Positions 1 to 13,900 of a stretch of DNA of 64,000 nucleotides are shown here, piece by piece (within the stretch, counting starts at the first letter, position 1; every line of letters begins with the position of its first letter). This DNA is from Raillietiella orientalis. Lineage: Eukaryota. The position numbers and the translations under genes are program-made. The stretch lies in contig JAYWIR010000046.1 in assembly GCA_036172245.1 (NCBI GenBank), forward strand, positions 434,001 to 498,000, in the 5' to 3' direction. The notes beneath the pieces were generated by a model that saw nothing but the letters and a program-made list of their open reading frames with translations, made no database searches and was not told the DNA's origin.

Positions 1-1800
1 AAAACGGGTACATGACCTGCAACCAGGTTCAGTCCGGGAGGAAAAGGACCGAGCCGATGCAGATCGGGTAGAGGAGCAGGCTGGAAGTTTTTCTCCTCAA
101 ATGAGATCGAAGCAGTAGAGGTGAATCGAGAGGAGACTAGAGCTGACCTCCAGATTTGATGGAGCCAGGATGATAGGGTTTTCTGCGGCGGCACGAGCCT
201 GCATGCTCGGGACCACTCCTCCCGGCCTTCCGCATCGTGCAGCCGGTCGCAGAGGTCGTCGCGTTTCGAGGTCCAGGCACCGAGTCTCGGTCGCCTCGGC
301 GGAGGAACCTTGGATCGTTCCAGAATGCACCCCTGAGCAGGAGGAAGAGCGCGTAGGAGCATCTCTTTCGTCTCGAACGAAGTGAGGCACTCCGCAGGTA
401 CAAGGTCTGCCTCTTCGAGAGGAACTTCTTCTAAAGTCCTCATCTAAATCACAGGAAAGACGCCATGCGCACGGACCGTCGTGGACATGAGGAAGGGACT
501 TGTGGCGGAAGTGGGGGATGAGGGGGGGCGGCATCGCATCCCGCGCCTGACTGGCATCGGAGCGATCTACGACCGCAGTCAGACTTTCCTCCGAACGGGC
601 GGTGATGAGCACTGACGCAAGCAGCGGCTGAATTTCGCACAGCTTCCAAGCAGCGTTTATCTTCGACTTCCTGGACGCATCTGAGCACGAAAGTCGACCG
701 GTGAATGGATTTTCGGAAGTCTCCGAGGAAAGTGAGCCCCGGCACTGGGGCCTCAGGCAGCTGGAACACCTGGAGCCAGTTCGATCGGATGCCGAACTCC
801 GCTTGTTCAAGATGCCCGTTTCCCTTATTTCGAGATCTGCTCTCGGTCACTGATGTCGTCTTCAAATTTTTCCACAGCCTTCTCAGCAGCTCGCTCGCCT
901 AAGGGGGAAGGAATTCAGGGAGGACTGCTCGCGATTCCGGAATCGCATCAGCTCGTCCCGGCAGCGGACTTTGGTCCAAGAGGGTCCCTTCTCTCGAGAC
1001 GTCCGCAAGTTTTTCCCTTCGATTTTCTGCTGCATCTCGGAAGATCAAATGCGGCACTCTTCCAGGAGCCGTAACTTTTGCTCTTCAAAGTCTCGTCTAG
1101 TTCGCACTCCGGATCGAAAATACGAACCACAGAGGACTTCGGGTAGGGTTGAAGAGGGAACCGGAGATGATCTGCGCAGGGAAGGAAAAAGAGGAGAAAA
1201 CATTCCGGAGGGAAAACTTTCCGCGATTCCTCTACCGCAGTTTTTTTTTTTTTTTTTTCCGCCCCTCCCTCCCCCTCTTCTCCCACTCAAAATACGCCGG
1301 GGCGAAGAGAGAAAATGTTCACCAGGACCTTCTGACCCACCGCGGGGACCTCCGATTCCTTTAGAAGCGTGCGCGCGGTTGCCAGACGGCAGCACAGGAT
1401 GGCGGACGGGAGGGGGAAGGGAGGGGGAAGCGCGCGAATAGCCACCACCACACACCGCATATGCAGGCGTTTGCAGCACCTGGACTGCTCGTGGGAACGA
1501 ACGGAGATCGATCGATTCTCTGCCCCCTCCCCCGACTTTCTCCTGAGGTCAGGCGGGATTCGAGGTGGCCTTCCGTCTGCAGCTGCGGTACGAGAGTGCG
1601 GCGACCGCCTCCTGCCGTCCTTCGCCCCCGGGTATGCCCGCCCGGCGGGAGAGAAGAGGCGGTCGCTTGCTCTTCCCTTCTTATAAGGGTCGCGGATTTT
1701 TTGGCTGGCGCCCAGAGTAAGACCGGCGACTACGAGTTCGCCGGCGCGCTGCGCAAAGTGTGTTTGCTTTTCCCCTATAGCAAGCATTAGATGTTGGGCT
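1..1800 (-). other. GC-rich exon-like remnants on the minus strand, product unidentified
   Basis: Pyrimidine-tract acceptors at ~900, ~1172 and ~1360 and a donor at ~1322 (gtgaac) flank protein-like but frame-inconsistent segments (ERAAEKAVEKFEDDISDREQISK*, SKINAAWKLCEIQPLLASVLIT, YPKSSVVRIFDPECELDETL). No recognisable domain. Confidence 0.25.
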
Positions 1801-2515
1801 ACGCCCGCTCATTGAAACAGGGGTGTGTTTCCATGCGGGGGCCGGAGCGAGGCCAATTCCAGAAGAGAAACAGAAACCACGAAGCCTGTTGGACTTACGA
1901 CGCCGGCGGGCGCGCGCCGCTCCGCAGCAACGCGGCGAACCAGTACTGTCGTCAAGGGAATGAGCGCCGAGCGTCGTTGCCGGTGCACTCGGTGCTCGAC
2001 TGTGAAGGATCGCTCCGGAGCTTCATAAACTTTTATGGAGCATTTCTGACGAGATGAAAATTGCTGTTCCCGTGTTTCGATCCTCAGTCCCTCGTTCGAC
2101 GTGCTCCCCTGCCAGCGAGGGTCTCACTTCGGAGATCCTCGCCGGGAAAGTTGGGTTCCTCCCACCGCCCAAACCTCCATCGAGGAACTCACGCGCGAAC
2201 GCACGATCCTCTTCAGGAACCACTTGGCCGACGGCTAGCTTCTGGCGCTTCTTTCTTCCTGGTTACAAGGGGAATCACGTGCCCCGGGGCTGGACTCTTG
2301 GTCGGTCCTTGCGTCACCCTGGTGGCTCCGCCCGCCTTCGTCGTCGTTGGCTGCACCGTCGCTCGCCTGCAAGCTCTTCACCCCTCCTTCTCCTGGACTG
2401 CTACCACGTTCTAGCATTGCCCGATGGGGCTCAGCCGGGAAGACATGATGCAGTAGAAGAGACTCTCTCCACTGTGCACCACGAAACCGTAGCCACCGCA
2501 GCTTCAAGATGAGGA

Positions 2516-5500
2516 TTAGCAGGAGTGCTTGAAGCCTTCCATGGCTCCACCGAGCAAACGTTTGCTCCCAACGGAACTGATCCGGGAACCCATCCGCTTG
2601 CCGTAGTCATTCATCTGGACCGCTGCACCTAAAGTGAAGCTTCATGATGACTCCTTCTTCTCGCAAGTGCACGACTTTTGCAGTAACAGTCGCAAAGATC
2701 CACTGACTGCATGGCTACCAGCATCCCTCGGTGCCTTCCCCCGCACTGAGACGAACCTCCCACCGCTCCCAACCCAAGAGCAAGCCATTGTCCGCCCTCT
2801 TTCCCTTCGAGGACAGGTCGATTTCGTTTAAATTCTCAGACGGGATTCAATCTTCAAAGGTTAAAAGACATGCGCGGATGAAGGGGAGATTGTTCGCCAT
2901 CATCTTCGCCATCATCACCATGCTTTCGGCTCTCTTCTCCTAAACCCTTCCCATGATCTTCGGAGACTGTTCCACCGCGGTCGGTGGACCCACCCGTCCC
3001 ATCCTTCCAGTTGGCATTTTGGGAACACTGCACGTCCTAGCACACCATCCTTCTCCTAATGTTGCCTGCCTACATCTTGCGAATTCCTTATTCGCTGCTG
3101 ATGACTATTCATAAGCATACGAATCTGGCATGATACCCTACCCCCTGGGGCACTAGACTTGGCTTTAGCCTCGAATCTGTTCCCGGAGTAGTCTGTTGGG
3201 CGGCTACCAACCTCCAGTGCTTCGGTCCCCTTGATCTAGGCCACCGGCTCCTAGAACCTCTCCGATATCGTTGCCTGATGACTGGTGACGCATCTGTTGA
3301 GGGCATGACGTGGTGGCGATTCAGCATAGGCGATCAGCATTGTCCCTGACGGATGAGATGCCAACACGGTGCAATCCTTCGACGTGGGCGACGCGTCCTT
3401 GGTGACGTCTCACTTTCAGCGCCTCTCGAGGCAAAAAGTCCGTGACCGTAGTCCGCTGTGGGATACAACCTGACCGCACAGAAATGAACAGAGAAATCGA
3501 CACGCATGCGGACGAGCGAGCGGGCAACACATTCCAGCAGAGAACGCGGCTAGTGAACGCCAGAACGATGCTGAATGGAGAGTCGCTGGAAAAGAAAACA
3601 GAAAGAAGGCGAGAGAAGAAAAACCTCCTGCAACAAGTGGAGGACTCTCCAAGACCACTACCTAGGAAATCCATTTGAATGCATGCTTCCATCCCGAACG
3701 AGAGACTTCAGCTAGGGCCGCCCGTCACACTTGCAAGATGGACGGTGCTGTCACGAGAAAACGATGGAAAATTTCCCGACGCATTGTAGAAGCAGGAACA
3801 AAAACCTATTCCTGTGGATAGAAATATTATTTTCTCACAGGTGCTTGCAGTGTGTTTGTGTGGGGAGGGGAGTGGAGACGTAAGGACAAAGAGGTCAGGA
3901 TACATACAGGTCGGGTTCGAGATACGTTTTCTCTCGTGTGTGATCTGAACTTCCTGTGAGTGTGATCAGGGCGTTTGAGAAACGCAACGGACGCAATCGG
4001 TTCTTCCTCGCAACTTATGCTCATCTTGCGATCCTTCCCGCAGAACTCACCATGCTTCTGGGTCTTCCCCCATCTCGTGCGAGCCGTCTGGCAAGAGTTT
4101 TCACTTTCACTGCGCTTCTGGATTCGCTTTCGCCCCCGTAGAGGGAATGACATGTGTCCACTTTCGGTGACGGAAATCCTCACTCGTCCCATCTGGCAAG
4201 ATGTGTTTCCTCATGAACTTTAACGACCCTCGAATAGTCCCCATTTTCGACCATGAGATCTTCACCAACGAGGTCCAAAAGGGACGGGGTGAAATTTTCA
4301 TTGGATCTTCGAGAGTCGTGAGCTGCCCTCTCACGAGGACTGCCAAGTCGAATAACAGATGACAGCTTGGATATTTGGTCTGTCAGAAAGACGAAGTTCT
4401 GCGGTCTGTGGCAACTCTGCTCTTCAGACTACTCTTTAGCTTACTCCTTCGGAGGTGTGCTCATGAGATTCTCTTCCTAGTACCTACCTATTTCCTACCA
4501 GCATGACTCACCGTTCTCTGTACGATGGATGCGCGTGAACACCCAACGTCATTTCCATCAAACCCGAAAAAAAAAAGCACTAAGAAAAGATCAGAATGAG
4601 GGTAGGTGGAGCACCCCTTCTGGCGACGCGGAACTCGAAAGTTCTCATGGAATCGCTTCTCTCCAACAAAGGCCTTGTTGCATTTGGTGTTTTAGCCACA
4701 GCTGTCAGAGAGTGAAATTGAAAACTGGTCTCAAGAGATGCTCATCGATTAGGAAACGATTCAGAGCTCCAGTCTAATTGGGAAGGCAAAGGAGACACGG
4801 AGAAGATACTGCTTCTTTGACTTCTCAAACCTTCTTGGCTTTTTCCTTGCCTCCTCAGGGTCATTCCTTTATTTGATATTTGATCTCGTAGGGTCGATTG
4901 TTCTGTGTCAACACGGAACGGAGAGGTCCCTTCCTTGGAGTTTGTCTCCATGTTTCCATTGGAACCTTTCTCTGCTAATCGAGGCATGGTAACAAAGTCC
5001 AAGGGAGAGATTCTTGCTCCTTACAGTCTCTCGATTTGGAAAGCCCTCAAAACTCTGTGTCCCCATCAGCTAGCCCCATCTTTGACGATATAATGGAATT
5101 CGTTTCCAGCTTAGTAGAGGGATGAGCGTGAATATTTCCTTCGCATCATCTCCCCAGATCTCTGAGTCTCACACTTTAGGAAAGGAATGCATCCTTTTAT
5201 TCAGAGATTTTGTCGCTCAAGAGAGCTTCCACTTCCTCTCAGAGCATCCATTTGTGCTGCTGAACAGTAAGGCTGCGTTGCAGTGGTGTGCCTCGCTTTG
5301 TTCTTCAGTGCGGTACTGGTGCTTTCCATACTGCTGCACTCAGATTAATGCAATCGAGACACGTCTTATTCAGTGGCCAACTTTGTGACCTGATATCATT
5401 ATTTAGGGAATGAGTGAATTTAGGTGTCCCCTGGAACCCATCCGTGCTGTTTCGATTCCGAGTAGTGTTGGGATATCAAAGAGCCATAATCCCCAATGTG

Positions 5501-8500
5501 TATCAATTAATTTACCTTTTGTGCCAATATATATATATATTCGATTTTCAAAGTCCATGGAAGTTCCATAGCCAAGATGGTGATGAAAGGTCGACATGAT
5601 TTAGAGCGTACAGAAGATGACGAATCTTCTTTCCTCCAGAATCAGTCGAACGGAAAACAAAGTCGGTTCCCCCACGTTTCTTTTTTTCATTTTTATTAAT
5701 CGGGCTGATGGCACCAGTCAGCAGATAAACGCTTTCGATCACTCACGGAAAACTTGGCATTGCCTACATCCGCTACGACTAGTCACAATTTTTTAAAAAC
5801 AAACAGAAAACTGTACCAGCATGTCTTCATCTTTCTCACATGCCGACTCCGACAGAATGCGCTTCTGGCGTTCCCGCATGCAAGATGTGCTTTCGAAAGG
5901 AGCACTCTCTAAGGCTCGGTGGTACTACTTCGAACTTTCTTCTCGAGTATCCGTCAGCAGCATCCTTCTTGCTGAAGACAGTTTGCACCTGCCTGTTGCT
6001 CATCGTGCGAGAAGACACGGGAACTGAGATAGCGCTTCGAAAGACTTCGATGGCAGTCGCATGCATCGAACCACACAGTGAATGCATGAATGTCTCTCAA
6101 TATGTCTATTTTAAGAAACTCCCCCTTGGCCAATGGAGAGCATTCGGTCAAATCATTCTCATGATCCGTGAGAGAATAACCCTTCGGTAACGCGGGCTCG
6201 TAATGTACGGACGTCCTAACACAAGAACGACGGAGTTTTCTCGATGCAGAATGTTTTGTTCATTCGAAAACTTCCTGTTCCTTATCCCCAGTCGATGCCG
6301 TATGTAGGGCGGGGTGATGTTTTTAGAAAAAATTTTCTTGTCACCAACATTAGAGTTGCAGTGTTTCTTCTTTTTGTACGTGCGTTCCATTCGTTGAGAT
6401 GCTTTTTCTTTCTTTTCCCTCTTACAAAAAAAAAAGTAGACGCTCTGTGCTCATTGTGCTTATGTCGCTTTTCCACAAACTCCTCGGTGAAAAGCAGCTT
6501 CTTCAAATTCAGTTTGCTGCCATCTTCGAAAATCCCCGCTAAGAAGATCTTTTGGTTTTCCGGTGCAGCTTTTGCGTCATTTGATGGCTGACTGGCCATC
6601 TTCCTTGTTTCGAGCAAGTTCAGATCGGCAGGAAGGGATTCTGATCATTCTGATCGGGATGCAGCTCGAAAATATCTGATGGCAAAGTGCACAGTTCGGG
6701 GAAGAGGATCGGATATCTTCATGGAACACCAGCGTCTACTGTGCACCACGGAAACTTAATTCTGGTTTGCTTTTAAAATTCGAAATGGTTGAGAGGTCCG
6801 AAATCGTGCCTGTGTCCACATTCCTTTGACTCCAGCCTGCAATGGGTTCGCAGCAGTCGTGTTCTTTACCTCCTCTTTGGCATATGAATCAAAACAGCGA
6901 TACCACCTTGCGATCTATCACAGCTGTCGAAAAAACAGCTCCCGGTCGTGCACACATCCTCAGAAGCGAGATGAGAAGACATGTGAATCTGGACTTTGGC
7001 CATTCGCGCTTTTATTTCCAACGCTTCCCAAAACCACACATCCTACTCCATCCTGATTGTGTTGTATTGCCGTTTTAGTCATTCCAGTCTAAAGACCGTT
7101 TGCAACGAGGTTTCCATGTGGGTGCAAGGATTGTAATGAATAGCGTTGAGGAAATGATTGTTTTTATGAGTTGCTTTTCATCTGTTTTCGTGAATTTCCA
7201 AGCAGTCTTGCACATGTAAATCGAGTTTCCGTGCCGCGCCACTACCCTTGCTGTCCAGGATGCCACTTCAATCAACTAATTACGACCGAAAAATTTAACC
7301 TCGCCCTGATTTCGTAATTTTGCTATTCGGATTGAATTGCTATTCGGGTACCAGTTTTCAAGTCATCGATTGCAGATCTAACAATTCCTTAATTTAGCGA
7401 TACGTTTGGTTGAACTATCATCACATCATCTTTGCGGCACTCAGCACACATTCTACGGTGCCGTTATTCTTTGCAAATAGCGTTTAGGCGTGTTTCTTCA
7501 TCGAACCTCCTCCCCTTAGCTTAAGACATTGACCCTATCAGAATTCATCATGCCCAGGTCGTAACCAATGTAGGAACTGCTTCTTTTCAGAACTTTGACA
7601 GCTTTCAACAACCGCACGTTATGTAGTTCAGTTTTTGAGACTCCTCACGACATATCAGGTTTCAGAAGAAACGAAACATGGCTACTTCATGTCGAAGTCA
7701 TTTTTGTTAAACTTGCTTCCGGATAGAGTGCAGTAAAACGCTTTCTACTTGGTCTGCTTCCTAGTTGCCATTGAGGATTAAATTGTCCAGGTGCTGCCAC
7801 AAAACTGCATCAAAACCGATTTAAACCGCGTTGATTTTTCACTTGTAGGCAAGCAACACTACCCGTTTAGAAACTAAAGCAAAGCATCTTAAAAACTTTA
7901 CAGGAACGGTGCATGTTGTCGTCTGCAGAGTTCCTCTCAGTAATGTAAATTTCGCATCTTTCATGAAGTTTGGATAAGAATTCCGTGCCTTTGCAACTTG
8001 AAACCACTCAAAAAAGGCGCAATGCCGAGATTCTTTTCATTATCTGACGCTCCTGATTTCCTGGAATCCTGCATCAACAGTGATCCGAGCCCTAAAGTGT
8101 CGCATCTGTTCAATGATGCAATTATTTTCCTGCAAGGTCACCAGGGCGAGTTAGTACAAGAAGATCGTGAAGGTTCGAGACAAGGATTTCTCCTTGTCTC
8201 GAACCTACCTCGGGAGCACCAAAGTGCACAGCTATGGTTCATGTCGGATAGGTTGCAGAGCATCCAGAATATTATGGCTCTTTGATGCCTTGGATGGTTT
8301 GCACTCGATTTAGAGAGCTACTCAGTCTCTTGGTACGAGTGAATATCACAAGCTTGTACGTATTTACCATAATGACTCATTCCACTCACCTGTGTTGAAA
8401 TCAACTCGTTATTTATTGAAAGCAGTTTTAAGATCAGTGAAGAAATCGCACTCTGATATATATATTAGCGTGCAGACATTTGCACGGATGTACGTGTACG

Positions 8501-10700
8501 ATTAAATCTGATGAATATACACAAGACGGAAAATTTGTGTAGAGCAATGCAGCAACTGTTTTCAGCAGACAAAAAGAAAAGATGGAAGTTGTCTGTCGGT
8601 CATTAGCAAAAGTTGGATACAAGGAAACTCCACAACACCAGATGCTTCAAGACAGATACAAGCGAAAGGCGACAAACACCCAGTGCTCTGAAGAGTGCGT
8701 GCGTAATTCTCGCTTGGAAGGATTCGAATAAATAAAATCATTCTAAACTTGCTGAAACGAAATTATCAAAAGTGTGCATTGATTATCCCAAAACTTAATG
8801 ATACTAATGACAACCTTTGCAGAAGATTATTTTAGTTTCTCCGCATGCACCTCATGCAATAATTTATTCAATAATGAGATTTTCTCTGTCCCTTTGAAAT
8901 TTGTCAATAGATTTTTGGGTACTTACAGGGTTTATATAAGTGAGAAGATTTTACAACTGATTCATAAAAATTGTCTCTAACAGTCAAAGATTTTCTCCCA
9001 AAAGTTCGGAAATCGTGATCCCTCTAGCACTCCGAATGTTGGGAGCATCGATGTGATCTTTTTCATCCTTCGCTTACACTCCTCACAGAGCAATTTGCAG
9101 GCTGGAGCGCTTAATTAAATGCAACCTATCAAAAACATTTTTTTATCTTTATTCCATATAATCAGCTGTAGCAATGCAAAGCTAAGAATGTTGCAGATGT
9201 GTTGGGAAGAATGTACGAAGCAACTACCTGTCTTTGATTGCAATCGTATGTTTACATACGTGATGACGCAAAGCGAAATCTGGAGTGTGTTAACTCGCAT
9301 CAAAAGTAAATACATTGAAAACAAAGCCTAGCCCAAATGAATCTCCGAGAATAGTTTCCAGGAACAAATATTACGCAACGTATCGTTCCTTTTCTTCTCG
9401 CTTCAGCCACTTCTACTCATCAGTCGATCTCCCAGCAAGGAACCAAGACTGCAATTTTGGTTGAGAGTTCATTTCAAGTATTCTACAGATTTTTGTGTAT
9501 TGAACTTTTCTCAGGCGCAATTCCTCGGATTGTTCTTAAAGAAAATTATCTTTCGAGATTAATAGGCAACGCAGATTACTGGCATTATCTCAAAAAAGTG
9601 CCAAGAAATGTTTGCGCTGAAGAAGAATACAAAGATTTTTCAGTTGTTGCGCATGATGACTGTTCTCTAGATGAATAGGTCTTTAAAATGATTTGTTTGA
9701 CTCAAGGGAATTAGCAGTCCAAATACGCGGTCACGAAGCCGGATTTCAGAAACCAGCTTCTCATACTTTGACTGATCGCCGATCGAAATCGTTCAAGGGA
9801 TGATGTAAGGATTCCGGTGAAATATCTGATCTCTCTAGGGGGTTGGAGGGCAAGGCTGGAAAGATTCTCAACCTCAGAACACAACGCCGAAATGCATCCT
9901 GGAGATGGAATTCAATACAGGATTCGCGAAAGTAAGCAGAAAGTGAGCAGCTCTTGGAAGATGAAACGAGCAGATAAGACCGCTTAAGGAAGGAAACACG
10001 GAAAAAATTCCATCGAGAACCAACGAGATGCTATGATTGAACATTGACAAATCGTGAAGTTCGACACAAAGGTGGTCGAGTGCTTTTTTGCTTGCCTGTT
10101 TCTCAAGTCGATTTACCTGCTCCGAGTGCAACGAATTCCTCAGCTCAATAATACAAAAGCAGTGGTTTTAAAGCACATTTCATGTGAAACCAAACCCCAG
10201 TTTCCATGGTTGTTTTTGCAAAGTTTTCAGCACAACCAGTCTGGTGGAAACTATGCGGATGCCAGCAGCAGCGAACGGAGTGAGCGCTCTTCCGATACGC
10301 CTTTGTAATTTATTTGCACGTGCACAGCATGCCATCCCAAGAGAATTAAACAAGGCCTCATCTCACAGTTATTACTGTTTATTACAGTGTCTCAAGTTAT
10401 GCTTGCAGCACGATGGACTGGTTGCTCAAAGCAGGGAAAGACAAAAAGGTCATTACAACTACCGCCGTCAGCAGCATCCCATGAGTGCCAAAAAGAGTTA
10501 AAGTTGGCTCCTCGAAAAATTTTTCTCGCTCCCAACTTTCAAAGTCGTTGTGAAAGGAGAATACCGAGAGCAGCACAGATGCATCGGTCGAAAATTCATA
10601 GTAACTCCTTCCGTGGGCATTTAATAAAGTGCTGGGGGATAAGACCAGGTGTCCATCGTTCAAACTTCAGCTTCCTCGGGCAGTTTGCAATAAGACAGCG
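2516..10700 (-). pseudogene. Decayed multi-exon WD40 gene, tentatively WDR87/WDR97-like (copy C: WD40 region ~8.0-9.7 kb, low-complexity tail ~2.5-7.7 kb)
   Basis: Manual minus-strand translation gives splice-bounded fragments with in-frame stops and frameshifts: KNLCILLQRKHFLALF*DN (~9600), IIWNKDKKMFLIG (9125-9165), ELLGENL*LLETIFMNQL*NLLTYINP|gtaagt (~8930-9010), SSAKVVISIIKFWDNQCTLL (~8770-8825), KHLVLWSF (~8630), VHFGAPEVGSRQGEILVSNLHDLLVL (~8153-8230). A putative last exon ends ...EGFKHSC* at 2516. Boundaries are approximate and the family call is from recall. Confidence 0.5.
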
Positions 10701-10999
10701 TAAAAAGTTCAAGAGAGAACAGAATATTGATATCTTCAATGCATTGGATAAAGTATAGGAAGTTCGACATTGTGAAAGCTGCACTTCAGCAGAGGAAAAA
10801 GGATCTACTGGGGATAATCACCAAGAAACGATTACAAGTTTTGCAATCCTGTTCGATGCAGCGTGCAAGCACTAAGCTTCCTGGAACATTACTTTCTTCT
10901 TCTTTTTTGTCTCTTAATCCATGGGTCGCATACACGGATGCAGACTGCAGTTAAGGTGAAAGTTAGACAAAGAATGAAAAGGTTTCTAGTCTGTTCCAC

Positions 11000-13900
11000 T
11001 GACTGAAGGAAGTCTGAAAGATGTAATTCCTGAAACTACCCGTTGCCGTGGAACCAGAGCTGTGATGAAATCGAGACAGCTCTCGAAGTGATAGCGCAGT
11101 GTATCAGACTGAATAGTGAAATCGAACTCAGTAGTGGACCCACAAAGACTAGGTGGGCAAAGAGAACATCTTCGCACTACGAAGGAAAGGAAACTCTCGG
11201 AACTGCTAGAGTAATGTTTCCAAAAGCTTTTCATAAAAAAACAGGCATGATAAAATATTTTCTGTTTATCTTTTTGTCAGGCACTTTTTGCACACACATC
11301 CGCCCCCCTTCCCCCTTTCATACCTGTTCCTGTTCCTCTTTGGAAAAATCGGACCAGTTTGCCTGGAAAGCCTCCTTCGTTGAGAAAAATCGGCATTGAA
11401 ACCAATTAAGACCTGCTGGCGGTGGCTGCTGAGATGCTCCCTTTCTGAATCGCGGCAAAGGAATCTCATAAACTCATTCCCATAAAGCCTGCTGACTTTG
11501 CTGCCTACTAATCGCGCTCAAGGACAAAGGGATGAATTTCTCCCAAACAGGCCCGCTACGTTGGCAAGCAAGTGACAGCACTCCCTGAAGGCGAACCACG
11601 GTAGGATAGCTGAGAGGAATGACAAAGGAAGTCTCTGATTGAAAATAAAGTCCGTATGCTTCCGTTCCTCCGAAGGTTCAAGACCACCTTGCAAAAAGTC
11701 TTTTGAGAGCCCCTGATCGGAAAGCGCCGGCGCGAAGTTCGATCTCGCTCACACGAGTGCGCGCGCCGAAGAGCTGAGCCGCGATGTTTCGTGAATACGT
11801 TGCTTGCCCACATTACGCATTGCTCCTGACAGTATCCCGGTTTCTGATGGAGGCATGGGTGAGTTTCCGTTTAAAAAGAATGAGAAAACGATTGCAAAGC
11901 TGAAGACAAAAAAGAAAGCACTCACTAATCCACGTAAAAAAAAAAAAAACGAATTTTCCGATCCCTCGTGCATGCTGCTGAGTACTGAAGCTGTGCGAAA
12001 ACGAAGATGCATTTATTGCCACTGCTAGAGAAGACAAAATGAGGGATTGAGAATTCTTCCGAACAGTCTTCATCTGAATGGATGCTTTGTATCCAGCTTC
12101 CTGGTCAAGTTATTCTTAAATCGGACTTTCTTCGGTGAGCAGACTGCAATATCCATTTGCACGATCGAAATTGTTCACTAGAAGGAAAGCACGAATGAAG
12201 AGTAGCGTGCCAGGATTGAGGACTTCTTAACAAATAATTACTGGTTTTATCAACACGTGATTCTTCTATATGTGCCTCCCTTTGTGCCTCTTCAAAGCGT
12301 TCTTATTACTGATGCACATCGGTGATACAGACACATTCCAAGGCCAGGATATTGCTTTTCTCGTAATGTTGAGTATCGGCTGTCGAATCCTCCAGATTCC
12401 CTCCTTCACCTTAAATAATTTCCTCGTGGAATGGATTTTCCAGATGCTTGAAAACACAACGCTCCTTTCACGATTCCGTTTCTTTCTAGGGAAGGCTAAA
12501 GGTATGCTAAATCTCTCTGCTGCCTCAAGCATTCTCGCACGCTGATCTAACTGTTCCCACCATCCTGCACGCATAAGTCTTGTTATCTTGCTTCACTGCA
12601 ACTCTTGGGGTTTTCCCTTGGCATGCTTCACTCTCTTGATCTTTCTGTGTCCATGATCTTAGATATTTGCAAGAAGCTTTTGCTGCTTTCAAGATCGGTT
12701 GAAGATCAGATCTTCCTTTTAAGAGGAACTGGTGAACAGCGCAGGGCAAGCAAATATCTCACAATGTATTGCCATAGGTCTTAAGGTGGTCTTAAGGTTT
12801 CCGTCCAGGCAAGGTTCGTTTCGTTTCCAGTCTGTAAAGACCCAGATGCACAGAGTGGCAACTGCTTGTTTTTTTGGCATGAATTGATCCCATCTCGTTG
12901 AGGGAGAATTAGACGGAGGCTGTCTTTCTTGCTTTTTTTCCAGAAATTTATCCGGTGGATCAGACTCCGTCAAACTCCAATGTTCTTGAGCCTTACACCT
13001 GTAGGACTTCTTTGTAATCTTCAAAGCCTTCTTACCAGTTTCCAAAAAGAATTCTTTCCCCAGATTCGCTAAGCATGCCTTAGCCTCATTCAGGGAGACC
13101 CTACAGCTCCCTCAATCTGACATGTGGTCCAGAGAGCTCCTTCATGCGACCCTCCAGTCCTCTTCTGAACTTGCCTTTTGAAATTTCTCTTTAACTAAGA
13201 GAACTTCCTAGTGAAAGATGAGGTTGACTTAGAACTTTTTGCTTTCTCTTCTCGAATTGTTTCGTTTTTTATGGATGCAGCTGTTGTTTACCAGAAGAAG
13301 CGAATTTTTTTCACCCCCTTCATTCATCTTGTTTTGGGTCCACCGCAGCACGGATACCTCTTAATCGGATGACTCACCTAATCATGCTTTCTGCGTAACT
13401 AATTCATCCTACCATCTCATCTGGCATACACTCGCCCAATCATCTCATCCATAAAAGCATGAAGAAAAATTCAAAGAAATTGGTTGATCTAAATTTTAGG
13501 TTTCAGATATTCGCTGGATACAAAATTTCCGCCTGTGGCTCATTTCTGTAATGGACTTGGGAATCGTTGGGGCAAGAAGGTTCATATGGATGCCTTAGAG
13601 AATCCATATATCATCCGTCACCTTTGAGAGGCGCCCAAAGCCTTTAAATATCAGGTACCAGAATCACTCCGGAAATGCTCGAGAAGACGAACGTTCTGCA
13701 GTTGAGGAAACTATGCAATACTTAGCTACGACGGTGGTTGAGATTGGGCTCTCGGAAGAGTTATCAAGTTAACATAAATCATCTAATTGAGTCACCACGG
13801 AGTTTCTCCTTCTCTCTCTTTTTCGAGGCATTCTCGAGAAGAATTCGTGGGTATGCCTTGCCCAAGCGAAAGAGTTCCTTGATCCTTCGCGAATCCACAA

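Noticed and set aside
97..2512. Numerous overlapping 60-240 aa ORFs on both strands
   Set aside because: Typical of stop-poor GC-rich DNA; no recognisable family as single-exon ORFs.
2516..2628. Neuropeptide-precursor-like DYGKR...GSKR segment on the minus strand
   Set aside because: No signal peptide exon or recognisable peptide; better explained as the last exon of the decayed gene.
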